A stretch of 64,000 nt of DNA from Burkholderiales bacterium (GCA_947473125.1 CANJDH010000013.1:1146-65145); one strand, 5' to 3'. Positions 33,000-42,471 are shown, counted from the stretch's first letter. Notes: generated from the sequence alone by a model not told the origin. A program made the numbers and translations.

Positions 33000-33139
33000 G
33001 TCCGTTTGAGCCGGCCATGGCGCAACTCCATGGTGCAACATGTGTTTTACAACCACGCTGTGTTCCGCCGTCTTATATTGCGGGCAGTGCGTGGAGAGGA
33101 GATCGAAGGTGCGGCAACAGCGGGTCAGGCGGGCATGAA

Positions 33140-34369
33140 GTGAGCGACGCAGGCGGGAACCAGACATTCCAAGGCGCGCTCGCTGGCATTCGCATCCTCG
33201 ACCTGTCGCGGGTGCTGGCCGGGCCGTACTGCGCGCAGATGCTCGCGGACCAGGGCGCCGCGGTGCTCAAGATCGAACCGCCGCAGGGGGACGAGACGCG
33301 CACCTTTGGTCCGCCGTTCGTCGGCGACAGCGCCGCGTATTTTTTCAGTGTCAATCGCAACAAGCAGGCGATCGCCCTGGACTTAGGTACAGCGGCGGCG
33401 CGCGAGGTGCTGTTGCGCCTGCTTGAACAGTCCGATGTGCTGATCGAAAATTTTCTGCCCGGGACCATGGAAAAGTGGGGGCTGGGGTATGCGGAGGTGC
33501 TGGCCGAACGCTTTCCGCGCTTGGTCTACTGCCGCATAACCGGCTTCGGCCTCGATGGCCCGCTGGGCAATTTGCCCGGCTACGATGCCGTCCTTCAGGC
33601 GATGGGCGGCGTGATGAGCATCAATGGCGATGCGGACGGCGGGCCCACCCGCGTCGGCATGCCGCTGGTCGATGTGGTGACGGGCATCCACTCCGCCTTT
33701 GGCGTGATGGTGGCGCTGGCCGAGCGGCAGCGCTCGGGCAAGGGGCAATTGCTCGAAGCCTGCCTTTACGATACGGCACTAAGCCTGCTGATTCCGCATG
33801 CCGCCAACTGGCTTGCCTCAGGCCAGGTGCCGGTGCGCACCGGCAGCGGCCATCCGAACATTTCGCCGTACGACAAGTTCGCGGCGCGCGACGGCGAAAT
33901 TTTTCTCGGTGTGGTCAACGACGGGCAGTTCCGCAAGTTCTGCAGGGCCGTCGGGCGGGATGCCTGGGCCGTGGATGCGCGTTTTGCCGACAGCCGTGCG
34001 CGCATGGCGAATCGCGTTGTACTGCGGCAAGAGATTGAAGCGGCGCTAAAGGATGTCGAGTCCGCCGAACTGTGTCGGACGCTGATGGCCGCAGGTGTGC
34101 CGGCCGGGCCGGTGCAGTCGGTCGATCAGGCTTTGAACCATGCGCACACCGCGCACCGCAACATGAAAGTGGAGATCGGCGGGGCGACGGTGCTCGGCGT
34201 GCCGATCAAGCTGTCGCGCACGCCAGGGTCGGTGCGCTCCGCGCCGCCCGCCTTCGGGCAGGACACGCAGCGCGTGTTGGCCGAAGTCGGATATTCGTCG
34301 CGGGAAATCAATCACCTGATTGCCGATGGTGCGGTGCTCACGCGGCGCAAGACTGCGCAGAGGCTCTGA
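33140..34369 (+). CDS. family III CoA-transferase (CaiB/BaiF type)
   Basis: GIRILDLSRVLAGPYCAQMLADQGAAVLKIEPP signature. Track ORF starts at 32996; I place the start at the in-frame GTG 33140 (VSDAGGNQTF) by family length. Start uncertain. Confidence 0.85.
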   Translation: MSDAGGNQTFQGALAGIRILDLSRVLAGPYCAQMLADQGAAVLKIEPPQGDETRTFGPPFVGDSAAYFFSVNRNKQAIALDLGTAAAREVLLRLLEQSDVLIENFLPGTMEKWGLGYAEVLAERFPRLVYCRITGFGLDGPLGNLPGYDAVLQAMGGVMSINGDADGGPTRVGMPLVDVVTGIHSAFGVMVALAERQRSGKGQLLEACLYDTALSLLIPHAANWLASGQVPVRTGSGHPNISPYDKFAARDGEIFLGVVNDGQFRKFCRAVGRDAWAVDARFADSRARMANRVVLRQEIEAALKDVESAELCRTLMAAGVPAGPVQSVDQALNHAHTAHRNMKVEIGGATVLGVPIKLSRTPGSVRSAPPAFGQDTQRVLAEVGYSSREINHLIADGAVLTRRKTAQRL

Positions 34370-34408
34370 TGCTGTTTCACGATAGCACTAACTGAGAGGA
34401 CACAAGCC

Positions 34409-35371
34409 ATGAAACTGTTTCGAGATTGGTTGTTGATCGCATCGGGCTTGCTGGCATCAGGGTGGTGTTGGGCGCAACCGTACCCGAACAAACCGGTCCG
34501 GCTGGTGGTGCCGTATCCTGCTGGGCAGGGCACCGACGTGCTGGCGCGCACCATCGCCGAACGACTGTCGGCATCGCTGGGCCAGCAGTTCGTGGTGGAA
34601 AACCGCGCCGGTGCGGGCGCCAACATCGGCACCGACTATGTCGCCAAGGCACCGGCGGACGGCTACACCCTGCTGATGGGGACCAACGCCACCCACGCGA
34701 TGAACGCGGCGATGTACGCCACCCTGCCATTCGATCCGGTGCGCGATTTTGCGCCGGTGATCCTGGTCGGCACCTTGCCAATGGTGCTCTCCGCAAATAG
34801 TGCGTTTCCGGCTGGCAGCCTTCAGGAAATTGCAGCACTCGCCAAAGCCAAACCGGGCAGCATCAACGTGGCGCTACCAAGCAGCACGGCTCGCGTCGTA
34901 CTCCAGTTGCTCAGGCAGAGCGAGGGGGGCGACTTGTTCGGTATCCCCTACAAAGGCAGTGGCGCCGCCCTGACCGACCTGGTGGGCGGACAGGTTCAGT
35001 TGATGATCGACACCGTGACGGCGTCGATGCCGCAGATCAGCGCCGGCAAGATCAAGGCGATCGCGATTTCCTCGGGTCAGCGCACTGAAACCGCTGCGAA
35101 CATTCCCACCTTCGCAGAGTCAGGCCTGCCCGGATTCGACCTGGTCGCCTGGAACGCCTTGTTCGCGCCGCGCGGTACGCCGCCGGACATTGTCAACCTG
35201 CTCAATGCCGAAGTGGCCAAAGCCCTGGCCCAGCCCGACGTGCGCGCGCGCCTGTTGCGCATGGGCTTCGAGCCCGGCGGCGGTTCAGCCGACAAACTCA
35301 AGGGTTTTGTGGAAAACGAATCGCAGCGCTGGGGCCAGTTGATCCGCAAGGCCGGCATCAAGGCGGAATGA
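34409..35371 (+). CDS. Bug-family (TctC-like) substrate-binding protein
   Basis: GAGAGGA upstream of the ATG. Signal peptide, PYPNKPVRLVVPYPAGQGTD...ENRAGAGANIG...IPYKGSGA. Confidence 0.9.
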   Translation: MKLFRDWLLIASGLLASGWCWAQPYPNKPVRLVVPYPAGQGTDVLARTIAERLSASLGQQFVVENRAGAGANIGTDYVAKAPADGYTLLMGTNATHAMNAAMYATLPFDPVRDFAPVILVGTLPMVLSANSAFPAGSLQEIAALAKAKPGSINVALPSSTARVVLQLLRQSEGGDLFGIPYKGSGAALTDLVGGQVQLMIDTVTASMPQISAGKIKAIAISSGQRTETAANIPTFAESGLPGFDLVAWNALFAPRGTPPDIVNLLNAEVAKALAQPDVRARLLRMGFEPGGGSADKLKGFVENESQRWGQLIRKAGIKAE

Positions 35372-35390
35372 ATCCACGCCGGCGCACCAG

Positions 35391-36989
35391 ATGACCACGA
35401 TTGCCGATATCCGCTCCCACGCGGAGGCGCTCAAGGCGTTCTCGTGGGAAGGGCTATGGGAACTGTTCGACGGCAATGCCGAGCGCATGAACCTGGCGCA
35501 CGAGTGCCTGGACCGGCATGCAGGGCGCGGCCGCGCGGTGAGCATCAAGTTTGCAGACGGCCATCTTGAACACCATGACTTCGCGCGGCTCGCCGACCTG
35601 ACCGGGCGCTTCGCCAACTGGCTGTGCCGGCGCGGTGTCGGCAAGGGCGAGCGTGTGGCGGTGATGCTTGAGCCCTCGTTGGGCTTCTATGTGGCGCTGT
35701 TCGGTGCGGTGAAGCGCGGCGCGATCGGCGTGCCGCTGTTTACGCTGTTCGGCCCGGAAGGGCTGGCACTGCGCATCAATGATTGCACACCGCGCCTGCT
35801 GCTGGTGGGCCAAGGGCAGGTCGTCGCGGGACCGTTTGGTAACACCGAAATCGTGCGCGTGGACGAGGCCTTTTGGGCAGAACTGGCCGCCGAGAGCCCG
35901 ACGTTCGACCCGGACACGCGCGCCAACGATCTGGCCATTTTCCAGTACACCTCGGGCACCACGCGCGAGTTGCCCGAAGCGGTGAGGCATTCGCACCGCG
36001 CGGTCGTGACGCTGATGATCGCCGCGCTGTATGGCGTGGGGCTGCAGCCGGGCGACCGCTATTTCTGCCCGTCCTCGCCGGCCTGGGGCCACGGCCTGTG
36101 GCACGGCACCATCGCGCCCCTCGCACTGGGCATCCATATCGGCGCCTATTCCGGCAAGTTCGACCCGGCGCGCATTGTCGAAGCGCTTGCCGAACTTGAC
36201 GTCAACAACTTTGCGGCGGCCGCCACGGTGTTCCGCATGATTCGCAATGCCGACCTGCTCGCGCCCGGGCAATTGCATATCCCGAAAATTTCATTCACCG
36301 GGGAGCCGATCGATTCCGCGACCGAGGCGTGGGTCGAGCGTACCCTGGGCAGCCCGGTATGCAGCATGTACGGCTCGACTGAAGTGGGCGCATTGATCGT
36401 CAACTTCCCCGGCTTTGCAGACTATCGCGTCAAGCCCGGCGCCCTGGGCAAGGCGGCACCCGGCATGGAAGTGGCAGTGATCGAGCGCGATGGCACGGAG
36501 AAGGCGCCCGGCGAGTCAGGCGAGATTGCGGTGCGCCGCAAGGGACAATGGTTTTTCGTCAAGGACCGCGGCCGCCGTGATGAAGAAGGCTACTTCTTCC
36601 ACGAGGGGCGCTCGGACGACGTGATTATTTCGGCCGGCTGGACCATGAGCGCGGTCGAAATCGAAAACAGCCTGATGAAGCACCCGGCCGTGCTCGAAGC
36701 CGCAGTGATCGGCGTGCCCGACGCGTTGCGCGGACAGGTGGTGCGTGCCTATATCGTGGCGCGCGGCAACGGCACCGGTGCGGCGCCGCACCACCAGGCC
36801 GATACCCCGGCCGACATCCAGGCCGACATCCAGGCCGACATCCAGGCCGACATCCAGGCCTTCATGAAAAAGCAGTTGTCGCAGCACGAGTATCCACGGC
36901 AAATCCAATTTGTCGGCGAGCTGCCCAAGACCCCTGCCGGAAAGATCAATCGCAAGGTGCTGCGCGACCAGGCGGCCCAATCCCGTTAA
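35391..36989 (+). CDS. AMP-forming acyl-CoA synthetase / ligase (ANL superfamily)
   Basis: AMP-binding motif FQYTSGTTRELPEA, GEPID, YGSTE, and C-terminal LPKTPAGKINRKVLR. Confidence 0.9.
   Translation: MTTIADIRSHAEALKAFSWEGLWELFDGNAERMNLAHECLDRHAGRGRAVSIKFADGHLEHHDFARLADLTGRFANWLCRRGVGKGERVAVMLEPSLGFYVALFGAVKRGAIGVPLFTLFGPEGLALRINDCTPRLLLVGQGQVVAGPFGNTEIVRVDEAFWAELAAESPTFDPDTRANDLAIFQYTSGTTRELPEAVRHSHRAVVTLMIAALYGVGLQPGDRYFCPSSPAWGHGLWHGTIAPLALGIHIGAYSGKFDPARIVEALAELDVNNFAAAATVFRMIRNADLLAPGQLHIPKISFTGEPIDSATEAWVERTLGSPVCSMYGSTEVGALIVNFPGFADYRVKPGALGKAAPGMEVAVIERDGTEKAPGESGEIAVRRKGQWFFVKDRGRRDEEGYFFHEGRSDDVIISAGWTMSAVEIENSLMKHPAVLEAAVIGVPDALRGQVVRAYIVARGNGTGAAPHHQADTPADIQADIQADIQADIQAFMKKQLSQHEYPRQIQFVGELPKTPAGKINRKVLRDQAAQSR
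36798..36860 (+). repeat. in-frame 12-nt tandem repeat gccgacatccag x4 (plus one degenerate leading copy), encoding ADTP-(ADIQ)4
   Basis: Perfect copies at 36810, 36822, 36834 and 36846. Inside the acyl-CoA ligase gene, just upstream of the C-terminal subdomain motif. Confidence 0.9.
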
Positions 36990-37017
36990 CCATTGAGACT
37001 TCACCACCGGAGAGACC

Positions 37018-38157
37018 ATGTCTGAAACCCTGCAACGCGAATTTGTCGGCATCAACGCCGCCGCCCTCGACGACCTGCGCCAGCGCATCGGCGTCAAGAT
37101 CGAAGACACCCTCGAACCCTGGTGCTACGAAGCTACGCGAGACAATATCCGCCACTACGCCCACGGCATCGGCGACGACAATCCGCTGTGGTGCGACCCG
37201 GCCTACGCGAAGTCCACGCGCTATGGTGACGTGATCGCGCCGCCTTCGTTCATCTTTGCATTGAGCCGCATCGTCAGCGGCTATGTGGGCGGCCTGCCGG
37301 GCGTTCATGCGATGTTTGCCGGTACCGATTTCAACTGGATGAAGCCGATACGCCGCAATGCGCAGATTTCCACCGTGGCCTACCTCAAGGATCTGGTCGA
37401 GCACAAGACGCGGTTTGCCGGGCGCTCGATCCAGCAGATTTACCACGTCGACTTCTATGACGAGACCGGAGACCAGCTTGCGGCGGCTGACTCATGGTGT
37501 TTTCGCACCGATCGCGACATGGCGCGCGAATCGGGCACCAAGTACGACCATCTGAAGGAAAAAAAGCCGAAGGTCTACACGCCCGAGGAAATCGAGGCCA
37601 TCTACGACCTGTATGCCAAGGAAGAAATCCGCGGCAAGGTGCCGCGCTACTGGGAAGACGTCACCGAAGGCGACAAGCTGCCTACCACCGTGAAGGGGCC
37701 GATGACCATCACCGGCTTCATCTGCTACACGCAGGGTTGGGGCGGCCTGTACATCCGCGCCCACAAGCTGGCCTACAAGATGATTGCCAAGCATCCCAAT
37801 ATTGGCATCAAGAACCGCTTCGGTGTGCCGGACTGCCCGGAGCGCGTGCATTGGGAGGAAGAGTTTGCACACAAGGTGGGGGCGCCGGGCGCCTACGACT
37901 ATGGCCCGGAGCGCTGCTCGTGGTTGTCCCACGCCGTTACCAACTGGATCGGCGACGATGCCCAATTGCGCAAGCTGTACACGCAGATCCGGCGCCACAA
38001 CCCGGAAGGCGACACGCTGTACATCGACGGCAGTATCACCAAGAAATACGAGAAGGACGGCCAGAAGCTGGTGGAGTTCCAGCTGATCGGCAACAACCAG
38101 GATGGCGAGTTGTCGATTCAGGGCCACGCGGTCGCCGAGCTGCGGTCACGGCCCTAA
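37018..38157 (+). CDS. MaoC-like (R)-specific enoyl-CoA hydratase/dehydratase, double hot-dog architecture
   Basis: N-terminal half IRHYAHGIGDDNPLW and a second hot-dog half; 379 aa. Context of CoA-transferase and ligase genes. Confidence 0.8.
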   Translation: MSETLQREFVGINAAALDDLRQRIGVKIEDTLEPWCYEATRDNIRHYAHGIGDDNPLWCDPAYAKSTRYGDVIAPPSFIFALSRIVSGYVGGLPGVHAMFAGTDFNWMKPIRRNAQISTVAYLKDLVEHKTRFAGRSIQQIYHVDFYDETGDQLAAADSWCFRTDRDMARESGTKYDHLKEKKPKVYTPEEIEAIYDLYAKEEIRGKVPRYWEDVTEGDKLPTTVKGPMTITGFICYTQGWGGLYIRAHKLAYKMIAKHPNIGIKNRFGVPDCPERVHWEEEFAHKVGAPGAYDYGPERCSWLSHAVTNWIGDDAQLRKLYTQIRRHNPEGDTLYIDGSITKKYEKDGQKLVEFQLIGNNQDGELSIQGHAVAELRSRP

Positions 38158-38213
38158 GCCGGGGCAGGATGCGGACACGCGCCGCGCCCTGTCCGGCGCG
38201 ACGCAGGCGGGGC

Positions 38214-39194
38214 CTAGTCGACCTTCACGTTCGCGTCGCGAATCACCTTGCCCCATTTTGCGATTTCGTCCTTGAGGAAGGCGTTCGCCTCGTCGGGGGT
38301 GTTGCCCACCGGGAGGATGCCCTGCGCCTCGAATTTTTCCCTGAAGGCCGGTGTGCGGGTGATTTTCGCGATCTCGTCCGACAGGCGCTTGACGATCTCG
38401 GGCGGGGTACCGGCCGGCGCCAGTACCATCGACCAGGTGCCCGACAGGAAGCCCGGCACACCGCCCTCGATCATGGTCGGCACGTCGAGTGCGCCGGCGA
38501 CGCGCTTCTCGGCGGTGGTTGCCAGCGCCCGGATCTTGCCGCCGCGTACGTGCGGCATCATCAGCGACGTGGCGTCGAAGGCCGCGCCGATCTGGCCGCC
38601 GATCAGGTCGGTCAGCAGCGGTGCCGTGCCCTTGTAGGGGATGTGCTGCATGCTGGTGCCGGTGAGGCTTTTCAGGTACTCCATGGTCAGGTGCGCGGCT
38701 GCGCCGGTGCCCGACGAACCGAAGTTGATCTTGCCCGGGTTGGCCTTGGCATAGGCGATGAACTCGCCGACCGTCCGGGCCGGGAAGTCGTTGTTGACCA
38801 CCAGGATCAGCGGCGAAACCGAGGTCAACGACACCGGTGCGAAATCCTTGAGCACGTCGAACGGCAGCTTCGGATACAGCGTCGCGTTGGCCGAGTGCGC
38901 CGCGATCACCGTGACCAGCGTGTAGCCGTCCGGCGCCGCCTTGGCGGCGAGGTCGGCGCCGAGGATGCTGTTGGCGCCCGGCTTGTTCTCGAAAATCACG
39001 TTGGTGCCGAGCGCGCGCCCGAGCGGTTCTCCGACGGCGCGCGCCATCGTGTCGGTGTAGCCGCCCGGGGTGTAGGGCACGATCATGCGGATCGGTTTGG
39101 CTGGCCAGGCCTGTGCCCAAGCTTGTGCCAGGGGAAGCGTGACGCCGAGGGCGAGCGCGGCACCCAGGGCTGCACGTGCAATGCGATGAGTCAT
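38214..39194 (-). CDS. Bug-family (TctC-like) substrate-binding protein
   Basis: Signal peptide ...LAQAWAQA, WPAKPIRMIVPYTPGGYTD...ENKPGANS...IPYKGTAP. Confidence 0.9.
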   Translation of the reverse strand: MTHRIARAALGAALALGVTLPLAQAWAQAWPAKPIRMIVPYTPGGYTDTMARAVGEPLGRALGTNVIFENKPGANSILGADLAAKAAPDGYTLVTVIAAHSANATLYPKLPFDVLKDFAPVSLTSVSPLILVVNNDFPARTVGEFIAYAKANPGKINFGSSGTGAAAHLTMEYLKSLTGTSMQHIPYKGTAPLLTDLIGGQIGAAFDATSLMMPHVRGGKIRALATTAEKRVAGALDVPTMIEGGVPGFLSGTWSMVLAPAGTPPEIVKRLSDEIAKITRTPAFREKFEAQGILPVGNTPDEANAFLKDEIAKWGKVIRDANVKVD

Positions 39195-39270
39195 GTTGTC
39201 TCCTTGTTGTAGGCGGCTCGGGGCCGCAGGTTTGCCGCCATGATATAGGGAAGTCGGGAGTCCGCCGGGG

Positions 39271-40368
39271 TCAAATCAGCGGCGTGAAGGTGTGGCCGGT
39301 GTCGCGCGCCAGATGTTGATGCACGACTTGCCCGTCGTGCAGTTGCACGCCTTCGCGCAGAGCCGGAACATTGGCGATCGCAGCCCGGAAACCTTTGGTG
39401 GACAAGGCTTTCACGTAGGGCAGCGTCGCCCGGGCGAGTGCCAGAGTGGCGGTACGTGCCACCGCCGCCGGCATGTTGGGCACGCAGTAGTGCACGATGC
39501 CCTCTTCGATGAACAAGGGCGCCGAGTGCGAAGTGGCGCGTGAGGTTTCGGCTATCCCCTTCTGGTCGATACCGATATCGACGAACACTGAACCCGGGCG
39601 CATGCTGCGCAACATGGCACGGGTAAGCAGCGTCGGGCTGGTCTGGCCGGGGTTGAGCACGGCGCCGATCACGACGTCGGCGTCGATGATCTCGCGTGCC
39701 AGCGTGGCGGCGTCGTAGACATGCGCAGTGATCGCGCCTTGATGGGCTGCGTCAAGCCCGTCGAGGCGGCGCCGCGAGCGTGCGAACACGACGGTGCGGC
39801 AGCCAAGCCCCGCGGCGACGTGCGCCGCGTTCGAGCCTGACGCGCCGGCGCCGATGATTACCACCTTGCCGGGGGCGACGCCGGATGTGCCGGAGAGCAG
39901 CACGCCGCTGCCGCCCTGCGTGGTTTGCAGCGCCCACATGGCCATCTGGACAGACAGCCGCCCGGCAATTTCCGACATCGGTTTGAGGATCGGCAGGCCG
40001 CTCGACTGACCGACCGTTTCAAATGCAATCGCGGTAACGCGCGCGTCGAGGCAGGCCTGCAGCATGCCCGGGGCGGGTGCGAAATGCTGGAAGCAGAAGG
40101 TGATGAGCCCGGGGCGCAGCAGCGGACATTCCTGCGGATAGATTTCCTTTACCTTGACAACCAGGTCCGCCGCGTAAACGTCGGCGGCATCGGCAACGAT
40201 GCGTGCGCCCGCCGCCGCATATTGCGCATCGTCGAAGCCGACGCCCGCACCGGCGCCTCGCTCAATCCGCACTTCCTGCCCGGCACGGGCCAATTCGCCG
40301 GCACCTTCCGGCGTGAGGACGACGCGAAACTCGCCGTCTTTGACCTCGCGCGGGACGCCGACGATCAT
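39271..40368 (-). CDS. ald: alanine dehydrogenase
   Basis: MIVGVPREVKDGEFRVVLTPEG N-terminus; NAD fold VVIIGAGASGSNAA; 365 aa. Confidence 0.9.
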   Translation of the reverse strand: MIVGVPREVKDGEFRVVLTPEGAGELARAGQEVRIERGAGAGVGFDDAQYAAAGARIVADAADVYAADLVVKVKEIYPQECPLLRPGLITFCFQHFAPAPGMLQACLDARVTAIAFETVGQSSGLPILKPMSEIAGRLSVQMAMWALQTTQGGSGVLLSGTSGVAPGKVVIIGAGASGSNAAHVAAGLGCRTVVFARSRRRLDGLDAAHQGAITAHVYDAATLAREIIDADVVIGAVLNPGQTSPTLLTRAMLRSMRPGSVFVDIGIDQKGIAETSRATSHSAPLFIEEGIVHYCVPNMPAAVARTATLALARATLPYVKALSTKGFRAAIANVPALREGVQLHDGQVVHQHLARDTGHTFTPLI

Positions 40369-41396
40369 GTGTGCCGCAGCGCCGCCGCGACCTCGGCAAT
40401 CAGGCCCGGGCCGCGATAAATGAGGCCCGCGTAGAACTGCACCAGACTCGCACCCGCTTCGATCTTGGCGCGTGCGTCCTGGCCCGACATGATGCCGCCG
40501 ACGCCGATGATCGGCAAGGCGCCGTCGAGATGCCGTGCGAGCTGGCGGATTACCCGATTGGAGGGCTCGAACACAGGTGCCCCCGAGAGGCCGCCGGCTT
40601 CCTCGGCGTGGGCTTCACCCTGTACGGCGGCACGTGAAATGGTCGTATTGGTGGCGATCACGCCGTCCATCTTGTGTTTCACGAGGAGCCGCGCCACCGC
40701 TTCGATCTGCGCATCTTCGAGGTCGGGGGCGATCTTGAGCAGGATCGGCACCACCCTGCCGTGGCGCTCGGCGAGACGATCCTGCTCGCGCTTCATGCGT
40801 TTCATGATGCCGGCAAGTTCGTCCTCGTTTTGCAGCTGGCGCAGGTTTTTGGTGTTGGGCGACGAGACATTGACGGTGGCGAAATGCACGTGCTGGTAAG
40901 TCTTGACGTAGCAATGCGCGTAGTCCTCGACCGCGGCATCGAGCGGGGTGTCAAGGTTCTTGCCGAGATTGACGCCGATCACGCCCTTGTGGCGTGACTC
41001 CTTGATGCGTTCGACCAGGAAATCGACGCCGTAGTTGTTGAAACCGAGACGGTTGATGATGCCGCGCACCCTGGGCAAGCGGAACACGCGCGGCTTGGGG
41101 TTGCCCGGTTGCGGGCGCGGCGTGACGCCGCCCAACTCGATGAAGCCGAAACCGAGCGCGCCGAAACCGGCGATGCATTCGCCGTTCTTGTCGGCACCGG
41201 CGGCCAGGCCCACCGGATTCGGAAAGGTGATGCCCATCAGTGTGCGCGGGTCGGGTTTGATGGCCGGCGCGATGAGGCGCGTGGTGCCCGTGGCCGCCAG
41301 TGCATTGAGGCTTTTCATGGTCAACGCATGGGCGTCTTCCGGGTCGAGCCGGAACATTGCGCTGCGCGCGAGCGGGTAGAGCAGGCCAAGGGTCAT
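40365..41396 (-). CDS. pyrD: dihydroorotate dehydrogenase (quinone), class 2
   Basis: Track ORF trimmed to MTLGLLYPLARSAMFRLDPEDAH. FPNPVGLAAGADKNG and GIIATNTT-type motifs. ATGA overlap with ald. Confidence 0.95.
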   Translation of the reverse strand: MTLGLLYPLARSAMFRLDPEDAHALTMKSLNALAATGTTRLIAPAIKPDPRTLMGITFPNPVGLAAGADKNGECIAGFGALGFGFIELGGVTPRPQPGNPKPRVFRLPRVRGIINRLGFNNYGVDFLVERIKESRHKGVIGVNLGKNLDTPLDAAVEDYAHCYVKTYQHVHFATVNVSSPNTKNLRQLQNEDELAGIMKRMKREQDRLAERHGRVVPILLKIAPDLEDAQIEAVARLLVKHKMDGVIATNTTISRAAVQGEAHAEEAGGLSGAPVFEPSNRVIRQLARHLDGALPIIGVGGIMSGQDARAKIEAGASLVQFYAGLIYRGPGLIAEVAAALRHT

Positions 41397-41400
41397 TGCT

Positions 41401-41967
41401 TCAAATCCACTTCGAAACTTCGCTGGGCTCGTAACGTGCCAGCGCGTCGAGCGTCGCACCGACGTCTTCGCTGACGAACAGCCACTCTTTTTGTTGCATT
41501 GGCAAAAAGCCGTCGGCGATCATGCGGTCGATCTGAGCCAGGAAGGTGTCGTAAAAGCCGTTGGTGTTGACGATGCCGATCGGTTTACGCAAGCCCCCCA
41601 ACTGGGCGCGGCTCCACATGTCGCCGGTTTCTTCGAGCGTGCCGATGCCGCCGGGCAGTACCAGGAAAGCGTCGCACAACTCGGCAAAGCGGTGCTTGCG
41701 TTCCGCCATGGTGTCCACGACTTCGCAGGTCTGGATTTTCTGGTGCATCAACTCGCGTGACTTCAGGTACTCGGTGATGACGCCGTGCACCGTGCCCCCC
41801 GCTTCGAGGGCAGCGTCTGCGACGGCACCCATCAGGCCACGGTGGCCGCCGCCGTAGACCAACGTCAGACCGCGCTCGGCAACCACACGCCCGGCGTGCA
41901 GGGCGGCTTCGCGGTAAAGGGGGTCGGTTCCTGAATTGGAACCGCAAAATACGGCAACGGATTTCAT
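41401..41967 (-). CDS. LOG family (TIGR00730) nucleotide 5'-monophosphate nucleosidase / lysine-decarboxylase-like protein
   Basis: Track ORF trimmed to MKSVAVFCGSNSG. GGGHRGLMG and PGGIGTLEE motifs. Confidence 0.85.
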   Translation of the reverse strand: MKSVAVFCGSNSGTDPLYREAALHAGRVVAERGLTLVYGGGHRGLMGAVADAALEAGGTVHGVITEYLKSRELMHQKIQTCEVVDTMAERKHRFAELCDAFLVLPGGIGTLEETGDMWSRAQLGGLRKPIGIVNTNGFYDTFLAQIDRMIADGFLPMQQKEWLFVSEDVGATLDALARYEPSEVSKWI

Positions 41968-42168
41968 GTGTTGGCCCACGAGAAGGTCGTGAACGATTTT
42001 ACCTGCCGCCTTGCGGCACGCCCCGTCGCGGGGCGTGCGCAGCGATGCGCTACACTCCGCCCGGTCTGGACTGGTTGATTCGCGCATTTGACCGGGCGCG
42101 TGTCTTGCTTTCGTATCGGTTGATGCTTCGGCGCACCAGCGCCTGCGGCCCAACCCTCAACTACCCTC

Positions 42169-42471
42169 ATGCCCACTGAGTCTCTTGAATTCGTGATCCA
42201 GGGCGTTACCCAGGATGGCAAGACCTTTCGCCCGAGCGATTGGGCGGAGCGATTGGCTGGGTGCATGTCGTCGTTTGGCGGTGATGGCCGGCTGGGCTAT
42301 TCGCCCTATTGTTTTCCGATCAACTCGGGTGGGGTGCGCTGCGTGGTCGTGGATATTCGCATCAAGGAACTGGAGCCAATGGCATACAGCTTTTTGCTCA
42401 ACTTCGCCAAGGACAACGGTCTTAAGACCAGGGAAGGACGCATCAAGGAGCGCGACGACGAAAAAGGCTAG
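42169..42471 (+). CDS. DUF3579-like protein
   Basis: FVIQGVTQDGKTFRPSDWAERL...GYSPYCFP matches my memory of DUF3579; 100 aa. Confidence 0.7.
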   Translation: MPTESLEFVIQGVTQDGKTFRPSDWAERLAGCMSSFGGDGRLGYSPYCFPINSGGVRCVVVDIRIKELEPMAYSFLLNFAKDNGLKTREGRIKERDDEKG

